Origin: an uncultured Acidobacteriota bacterium
GTDB taxonomy: Bacteria; Acidobacteriota; Thermoanaerobaculia; Multivoradales; JAHEKO01
DNA length: 11,928 bases
Reading direction: 5' to 3'
Assembly: GCA_963713825.1 (NCBI GenBank)
Contig: CAVQNG010000033.1
Span: 1 to 11,928 of the forward strand
The notes beneath the pieces are model-generated. The model was not told the DNA's origin, did no database searches, and worked only from the letters and a program-made list of their open reading frames with translations. The number at the start of each line of letters is the position of its first letter. The stretch's first letter is position 1. Shown here one piece after another: positions 5,911 through 11,928 of the stretch. Both the position numbers and the translations under genes were made by a program.

Positions 5911-8639
5911 GAACGTGCGCCAGAGCCCTACTTCTCATGCTGCTACTGGCTTCTCTGGCAGGAGCAGACACCGCCGGTCAGCTTTCCGGAGTGGTGACAG
6001 ACAACGATGGCGCGCCCCTGCCAGGGGCGATGGTGTCGGCGAGCTCCCCAACTCAAATCGGCGGAGACCAGCTCACGCAGACCGACGCAAGCGGATGGTT
6101 CCAATACCCACGGCTGGCGCCCGGCCTCTACATGGTGGTGATAACACTCGAGGGCTTCGCCACCCAGGAGCTCAAAGAAGTCCAGGTCAGGGTCGATCGC
6201 ATGACCCAGCTGAGGGTCTCCCTGCCCCTGGCGCGCTTCGCTGACACGGTGATCGTCACTGAGACGACACCGGTCTTGGATCCAGAGCAGGTGTTCACCG
6301 GCCAGACATTCACGAGCGAGTACATCCAAGAGACCCGGTCGAACTTCTTCGGGCTTCAGTATCAGGTCCCCGGTAGCTCAACGCCTTCGGGTGCCACAGA
6401 CGACTCGAATTGGCGTCAGATCTCGGGCTCGACTCCGCCCGACAACAGCTACTACCTGGACGGTGTTCAGGCCACGAGGTGGGACCAAAGGCTGCCGAAC
6501 ATGACGCTCGCCTTCCTGCCCTTCGATGCCTATCAGGAGGCTGTCAGCCATACTGCAGGCTTCGAAGCCGAATACGGTCAGGCCACGGGTGGGGTCATCA
6601 ACCTCGTCACCAAGTCGGGGGGCAATCGCTTCGCGGGCTCGGTCGACCTCAACTACACCGACACCAACCTCACCGCAGCGGGCGATCACTTCGACCCAGA
6701 GGACCGGGTTGCCGACGACCTCCGGCTCAACGCGACATTCGGCGGGCCGATCCTCCGAGACCGGCTCTGGTTCTTCTCCGCATTTCAGAACTGGTCCTAC
6801 AGCCGGACGCCGAGAGGGGCGCCCACGACCATCGAAGGTGGGGGCCCGACCTTCCTCGGCAAGCTGACATGGCAAGCGAGTCCCTCCTGGACTCTCATGG
6901 GAAGGCTGTCGAGCCAGTCGGGATTCGCAGAGAACTTCAATTCCTCGCCATTCAGGGCGCCGGAAGCGACAGGCCATTGGGATCTGGGCGAGGATCTCGG
7001 ATCCCTCGAGCTCGCGGGAGTGCTTTCCGACAATCTGCTCTGGAGCTTGCGCACCAGCCGAAGAGATGCGGAGGAAGCCGACGTCAGACCAGAAGACGGC
7101 GATCTTCTGAGCATCGGCCACTTCAACTTCATCACCGGTGAAGAGTATGGGAACTATTGGGGGCAGTTCTCTGACACGAGCAGCCAGAACCAGATCGAGA
7201 GCGACATCACGTGGTTCACTGATGAAGCCTGGGGATCCCACGTGATCAAGGCAGGCTTCGGCTACGGCGAGCCGCGGCTCACCAGCGAGTGGTGTTACAA
7301 CGGCAGCGGACAGCCGTGCGCGGTGGGAGTCGAAGGGTTTTCCTTCGAGGATGCCGTCGGCACCGCGGGCAGCCCGATTCCCAGTGCAATGTGGGTGGCA
7401 CAAGCATCGGGTCCAGCGGAATTTGGGGCGACCTACCTCGACGCCTACGCTCAGGATGCCTGGCGAGTCCTCCCGGGGCTAACTCTGAAGCTCGGATTGC
7501 GGTGGGACCAGGTCGTTCACGAGAACAACCTGAGAGAGGGGATCGCCGACTTCTCGAAGCTGCAGCCTCGCCTCGGGGTGGCCTGGGATGTGACCGGCAA
7601 TGGGCGCAACCTTCTTCGGGCCTCCTGGGGTCGCTTCATGAGTCCGGGAATCGGGTGGATGACGGACTCGACCAATGTGCTTCTCAATTCGGCCGAGGAG
7701 CTGTGGCTCTCGTGCTCCTCGGAGATAGGAATCACCGACCCCGGGGCCTGTGCCGCCTTGTCGGAGGCTCTCGGTGCCGGGTACCGACTCGATCCAGAAG
7801 GCTGGGACCCAGCCGGTTGGGTTCTCTTTCCGAGCCTCGTATTTGGATCGGAGCCCGCCGAAACCGTGAATGGTCTACGACCGAACTTGGTGGACCAGTG
7901 GATGATCGGCTTCGAGCGGGAGCTCTTCCGCCGCACCGCCTTCGAGGTCAGCTACATCAACAAGCAGGGCAAGGACTTCTTCGACGACACCTGCAACGGC
8001 AACCTGCCGGAGCCCTCCGTCGATGCCGACTGTGACTACTACGTGATCACGAATCTTCCGCAGATGAGATCGGAGTACGAGGCCCTCTGGCTGCGTGTCG
8101 AGAGCCGAGCCTTCGACTGGCTGCACTTGCTCGGGTCCTGGGTGATCGCGGACGCCAAGGGTTCGACCGACTTCAACAGCGGCATCACAGAGAACTTCGA
8201 CCAGTACCCGGTCCACTTCGAGAACCGCTTCGGGTATCTGTCCTCCCAGAGTCGGCACCGCTTCAAGCTCAGCGGCTTTGTACTACTGCCCTACGATTTC
8301 TCCGTCGCGGTCTTCGGTTGGTGGAATTCGGATTTTCGATGGACGCCAGTGGAACCAGCCAGAACGGTCGGCCCCGAGTTCTATGGCGAGGTCTTTTTCG
8401 AGCCGCGTGGCAACCGCAAAGAAGATGGCGTCTATCAGCTGGATCTCCAGGTCGGCAAGAGTTTTGGCCTCGGCCCCACCCGCCTGAAGCTCATCGCCAC
8501 CATCATCAACGTCTTCGACTCGGAGCGGCCGAGAGCCGTCTGCAACCGTGTCACCGGCTGCGGCGACCTCGACCTGGGCGACCCCATCGCCTGGCAGCTC
8601 CCCCGCCGCTACGAGCTGGGGCTGAGGGTGGAGTTCTAG
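5904..8639 (+). CDS. TonB-dependent receptor-like outer-membrane protein, Oar type, with N-terminal carboxypeptidase-regulatory-like domain
   Basis: Strong SD AAGGAGGT (5890-5897) favours GTG 5904 or GTG 5907 (GTGA overlap with the kinase stop) over ATG 5886. Signal peptide (LLLMLLLASLAGA); CarboxypepD_reg-like GQLSGVVTDNDGAPLPGAMV...LAPGLY...LEGF; plug end AGFEAEYGQATGGVINLVTKSGGNRFAGS; GGPILRDRLWFF; YAQDAWRV...LTLKLGLRWD; QPRLGVAWD; C-terminal beta-signal YELGLRVEF. Confidence 0.93.
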   Translation: MVRTCARALLLMLLLASLAGADTAGQLSGVVTDNDGAPLPGAMVSASSPTQIGGDQLTQTDASGWFQYPRLAPGLYMVVITLEGFATQELKEVQVRVDRMTQLRVSLPLARFADTVIVTETTPVLDPEQVFTGQTFTSEYIQETRSNFFGLQYQVPGSSTPSGATDDSNWRQISGSTPPDNSYYLDGVQATRWDQRLPNMTLAFLPFDAYQEAVSHTAGFEAEYGQATGGVINLVTKSGGNRFAGSVDLNYTDTNLTAAGDHFDPEDRVADDLRLNATFGGPILRDRLWFFSAFQNWSYSRTPRGAPTTIEGGGPTFLGKLTWQASPSWTLMGRLSSQSGFAENFNSSPFRAPEATGHWDLGEDLGSLELAGVLSDNLLWSLRTSRRDAEEADVRPEDGDLLSIGHFNFITGEEYGNYWGQFSDTSSQNQIESDITWFTDEAWGSHVIKAGFGYGEPRLTSEWCYNGSGQPCAVGVEGFSFEDAVGTAGSPIPSAMWVAQASGPAEFGATYLDAYAQDAWRVLPGLTLKLGLRWDQVVHENNLREGIADFSKLQPRLGVAWDVTGNGRNLLRASWGRFMSPGIGWMTDSTNVLLNSAEELWLSCSSEIGITDPGACAALSEALGAGYRLDPEGWDPAGWVLFPSLVFGSEPAETVNGLRPNLVDQWMIGFERELFRRTAFEVSYINKQGKDFFDDTCNGNLPEPSVDADCDYYVITNLPQMRSEYEALWLRVESRAFDWLHLLGSWVIADAKGSTDFNSGITENFDQYPVHFENRFGYLSSQSRHRFKLSGFVLLPYDFSVAVFGWWNSDFRWTPVEPARTVGPEFYGEVFFEPRGNRKEDGVYQLDLQVGKSFGLGPTRLKLIATIINVFDSERPRAVCNRVTGCGDLDLGDPIAWQLPRRYELGLRVEF

Positions 8640-8710
8640 AGGGCCGCCGAAGGGCAGCATCCTCTCCCCCAATACCCGGAGCTGGCTGTGGAGCAACGCA
8701 GGGCAGATCC

Positions 8711-8739
8711 GTGACATTTCTCTAGAAAATCGTCTATTT
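8711..8739 (+). promoter_or_regulatory. Putative ECF-dependent promoter (-35 GTGACA, N14, -10 CGTCTA)
   Basis: GTGACA (8711-8716), 14 nt, CGTCTATTT (8731-8739) in the intergenic gap, ending 24 nt before ATG 8764. Same architecture as 1165-1193. Confidence 0.6.
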
Positions 8740-8763
8740 GTTCCAGAGGGGGTTTCAAGTCCG

Positions 8764-9855
8764 ATGCTGGGAATCGCCGAACCGGGAATAGCGACCGAGT
8801 TTGGAGCTGCGGTTGAAGATAGGACGAGTGACGAGGTCGTCGGCATCAAGCTCTATCCGCCTCTCTCCGTATTGAAGACTGCGGCCCTGATGCTCGTGAC
8901 GCTGTCCTTTTACCAGATCTTCTGGTTCTACCGCACGGCCCGAGACGTACGCGAGGGGTTCGACATCTCACTCAAACCATGGAAATGGCCCTTTGCCACC
9001 TTGTTCGCGCTGGCGGCAGCAATTGCCGGAAGAAACCTGGCAGACCGGCTCGAGAGCTGGGCACTCGAGGTCTCAGCACCGAGGGCCAGGTTTTTCGACC
9101 CCTTGGTCATCGGGTTTGCGATATTCGTTCTCAGTGTTGCCGCATACGCGTCTGAACCGCTCTCGAATGACTGGTTGTTCTTTTCCGGGGCACTCGGCTT
9201 GTCAATCCCGTTCCTGCTGATGCAGCACCAACTGAATTTGATCAAGGATCGATACGACCCGAGTGTCTTCCGGACCGCCGCGAACCGGTACACCGGTAAG
9301 CAAATCGCCGCTCTCGCAGTCTTCGGTCTCATCGGCGCACTCAGCGTCGCCATCTTCGCGTTCGATGCTTGGCAGAGAAGAAGCGCAGAAGAAGTCGGTG
9401 TTGGAGAGGTGTTCAGTGATGACCAGAGCGGTTTCCAGGTCAGCATACAGGACGCGGACTGGTCGAGCGTCGATCCTGGCTATCTGAGCTACGAGTCCGC
9501 CATGGAATTCCTGGGACCTGACGAGTTCACCTGGGCAGCCGTCTTCTCCTATCCCAACACCGCCCTCGACGCCGTCATGGACACTCGAATCGGAATCGTC
9601 ACCAGTGAGTACCATGGCGCCAGCTGCACCCAATCCAAGTCCCTGGCGGAGAACGGCATGGACGTCGTTGGGCTCATCTACTGCACTGGGAGTGATTTCG
9701 CCAGTGATGAGTTCGCTTACGTGTCGCGGACGCTGGCCAGCGCTGACCGTGCCGCGGAGATCTTGGGCTTCACATCCGAGTACCCGAAGGGTGTCTTCAG
9801 CACGAAGGTGGCGAGGATCGAGAAGTTCGTCAAGGGATTGGAGCTGATCCCATGA
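8764..9855 (+). CDS. Hypothetical integral membrane protein: DUF4234-like N-terminal TM region plus soluble C-terminal domain (363 aa)
   Basis: LMLVTLSFYQIFWFYR resembles the DUF4234-type 'lsivTlGiY.lyW.Y' motif and is followed by a later 'Q..LN' motif. About 5 hydrophobic segments, then an acidic ~160-aa soluble domain with two Cys. The stop overlaps the next start (ATGA). Confidence 0.75.
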   Translation: MLGIAEPGIATEFGAAVEDRTSDEVVGIKLYPPLSVLKTAALMLVTLSFYQIFWFYRTARDVREGFDISLKPWKWPFATLFALAAAIAGRNLADRLESWALEVSAPRARFFDPLVIGFAIFVLSVAAYASEPLSNDWLFFSGALGLSIPFLLMQHQLNLIKDRYDPSVFRTAANRYTGKQIAALAVFGLIGALSVAIFAFDAWQRRSAEEVGVGEVFSDDQSGFQVSIQDADWSSVDPGYLSYESAMEFLGPDEFTWAAVFSYPNTALDAVMDTRIGIVTSEYHGASCTQSKSLAENGMDVVGLIYCTGSDFASDEFAYVSRTLASADRAAEILGFTSEYPKGVFSTKVARIEKFVKGLELIP

Positions 9856-11795
9856 AATGGCATGCTTCTCTCCTGGTCGTGATGAGCTTTGTCCTGCTGG
9901 GACTTGGTTCTCCCGACGCCCATGCCCGAGCGACTCGGATCAACGCGAACCTTACTTGGGCCTCTGCCGCAGAAGCTCCCAGGCTTCCTGAGGAGTTGGC
10001 AAATCTCATCGATTTCAGCGACCCCGGTCTTGACGAGAACCTCATCTGGCTGCTGCGATCGAATCGCGTCGATATCGATTCTGACACCGTGGTGACGACC
10101 AGTCAGCACATCATCAAATACCTCTCCAGCGAAGGCCTCGGCATCCTGGGAGAATTCCCCGTTCTGTACGATGCAGGAACAGACCACGTGACGGTGCAGC
10201 AGGCGCTGGTCATCGACTCTCTGGGTGTCGTGCACCTGGTCGACCCAACCACCGTGCAGGTCATCCCTCATGGGAGCGATCAGGTGTTCTCGGACACGAC
10301 CTACGCGGTCCTTCCATTCAAAGGCCTGAACGTCGGCTCGGTGGTGGTCGTCCGTTACACCACAACGACGGCACGAGACAAGTTACACGTTCCGTGGTTC
10401 CTGCAGTTCGAAGAACAGTCGCACTTTTCTCAGAGAAAGCTCGAATTCGAGGTTTCATGGTCGAGCGCCGACTTGAAACCGGCCTGGTCCTCCGAGTACG
10501 AGGGCACCGTCTGCCGACAGCCCGATGACCTGTCACTGATCTGCAGTGCCACAGATCTCCCGAAGTTTCCCGCCGATCCAGACGTCAATTACCCTGACCT
10601 GATCCCACACTTCACGGTGGCCGAGAACCTGAGCTGGGCCGAGGTGACCCGTTACACCAGCGACCTCATCGCTTCGGCCTACTCTGGTCACCCGGGCGTC
10701 GCGGCTACTGCCAGAAGATTGACCGACGGGCTGGAGACAGACCTCGAGAAGCTCGAAGCCTTGCATCGATTCGTGGTCAAGGAGATCCGCTATCTGGGGC
10801 TGGCGCACGGCCGCAGCGCCTACTTCCCGCACAGTACCGATGCGACACTCAGCCACCGCTATGGCGACTGCAAAGACAAGACTGCTCTGCTCATCGAGAT
10901 GCTCGACGCCATCGGCATCGAGAGTCATCCGGTCCTGGTCGCTACCGATCACCGTGACCCCGACAAACTCAGAGTTCCTTCCGGTGGCTACTTCGACCAC
11001 TTGATCGCGTGTGGTGACTCGAGAGATGGACAGCAATTCTGCGTTGACACCACTGATCCGTACACAGGAGTCGCCTCCTTGAATCCCTGGCTGCAGGGCC
11101 GAGTGGCCCTTCCCCTGTCCGGTGACAGCGGTCCCGTGCAATTGCCGGTCGAAACCTACTCCTGGTCCATCCAGGAGGTACTGAAGCGACGTCTCGAACC
11201 GGACGGTTCGGTGAGCGAGCAGAGCGAGGTGTCCTATGGCGGAGGGCTGGGAACCTCCTTTCGAGGCATCCTGACAGGGCTCGGTGAGGACGACCGAATC
11301 ACCTGGGCGATGGACGACTATCACAACACCATCTCTCCGAACACGGACCCGGAGTTCAGCTTCTCGGGGATCGAGTCGATCAACGACGATCTGGTGGTTT
11401 CCTGGACCGCCACCCAACTGAACGTAACCGATCCGTCAGGGTGCTACCTCTACGCCTTTGAGCCCGCGTGGCTCAACCAGGTACTTCCCAACTTGATCTC
11501 GAGCAATCAGCACCATGGCTACGAGTTTCAAGGCTTCCAATACAGCGGCAGAGCAATCCTCACGGTTGCCGACATCTGGGAAATCCAGGGAACCGGACCT
11601 CGGATCGAGTTCGAATCCGATTACGGGACGATGCGGCGGCAGTATGAAACTCGCGGCAATCGGGTCGTCGTCCGCACCGAGGTCGAGCTGCCCTACACCT
11701 TCGTCCCCCTCGACGAGCTCGAGAAGTTCAATCGATTCCTGAAAATCCTGATGACCGAGAACCGATTGAGTCTTCGTGCACACTTCAAGCGCTAG
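9852..11795 (+). CDS. Exported DUF3857 / transglutaminase-like domain protein (647 aa)
   Basis: Signal peptide ending AHA. DUF3857-like segment (VFSDTTYAVLPFKGLNVGSVVVVRY). Transglutaminase-like core FVVKEIRY...RYGDCKDKTALLIEML (Cys 10869), FDHLI (His 10998), VDTT (Asp 11046). C-terminal beta-rich domain. Tandem TAG TAA stops. Confidence 0.92.
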   Translation: MKWHASLLVVMSFVLLGLGSPDAHARATRINANLTWASAAEAPRLPEELANLIDFSDPGLDENLIWLLRSNRVDIDSDTVVTTSQHIIKYLSSEGLGILGEFPVLYDAGTDHVTVQQALVIDSLGVVHLVDPTTVQVIPHGSDQVFSDTTYAVLPFKGLNVGSVVVVRYTTTTARDKLHVPWFLQFEEQSHFSQRKLEFEVSWSSADLKPAWSSEYEGTVCRQPDDLSLICSATDLPKFPADPDVNYPDLIPHFTVAENLSWAEVTRYTSDLIASAYSGHPGVAATARRLTDGLETDLEKLEALHRFVVKEIRYLGLAHGRSAYFPHSTDATLSHRYGDCKDKTALLIEMLDAIGIESHPVLVATDHRDPDKLRVPSGGYFDHLIACGDSRDGQQFCVDTTDPYTGVASLNPWLQGRVALPLSGDSGPVQLPVETYSWSIQEVLKRRLEPDGSVSEQSEVSYGGGLGTSFRGILTGLGEDDRITWAMDDYHNTISPNTDPEFSFSGIESINDDLVVSWTATQLNVTDPSGCYLYAFEPAWLNQVLPNLISSNQHHGYEFQGFQYSGRAILTVADIWEIQGTGPRIEFESDYGTMRRQYETRGNRVVVRTEVELPYTFVPLDELEKFNRFLKILMTENRLSLRAHFKR

Positions 11796-11864
11796 TAAGG
11801 AATCCGAGACTCGACTCTGCAATAGGAAGTGGCAGTCGCTTTCGGACCCTGAGGACGGTGCGCA

Positions 11865-11884
11865 GACGTTTCCGCGGAAACGTC
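11865..11884. repeat. Perfect 20-bp palindrome
   Basis: GACGTTTCCGCGGAAACGTC equals its own reverse complement and lies 69 nt downstream of the last stop codon. Confidence 0.8.
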
Positions 11885-11928
11885 GGAAATGCGAATAGGG
11901 GGTAGCCGATTCTGCGACGCTTTGGGGA

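Noticed and set aside
8640-8710. Intrinsic terminator after the TBDR
   Set aside because: Only weak imperfect pairing is possible and there is no U-tract.

Overview
GC-rich bacterial window with all real genes on the + strand. The gene content suggests an Acidobacteriota- or PVC-like diderm, but this is inference only. In order: a decayed fragment of a plasmid-type RepA_C gene (~85-224); an ECF sigma factor of the kinase-associated type (437-1168); a large Zn-ribbon / Ser-Thr kinase / nSTAND1 NTPase / TM / WD40 receptor gene (1248-5910, broken by one extra base at ~1957-1960); an overlapping Oar-like TonB-dependent outer-membrane protein (5904-8639); and a second coupled pair, a DUF4234-like membrane protein (8764-9855) and an exported DUF3857/transglutaminase-like protein (9852-11795). 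Signals not in the ORF track: two identically spaced ECF-type promoter motifs (GT[AG]AC[AC]-N14-CGTCTATTT), one before the kinase and one before the last gene pair; a hairpin covering the kinase RBS; a GTAG-family REP doublet (REPIN-like) lying in frame inside the STAND domain; and a perfect 20-bp palindrome at the 3' end. Together these suggest an anti-sigma-free trans-envelope signalling module (TonB-dependent receptor, NLR-like kinase, ECF). That model is a hypothesis.
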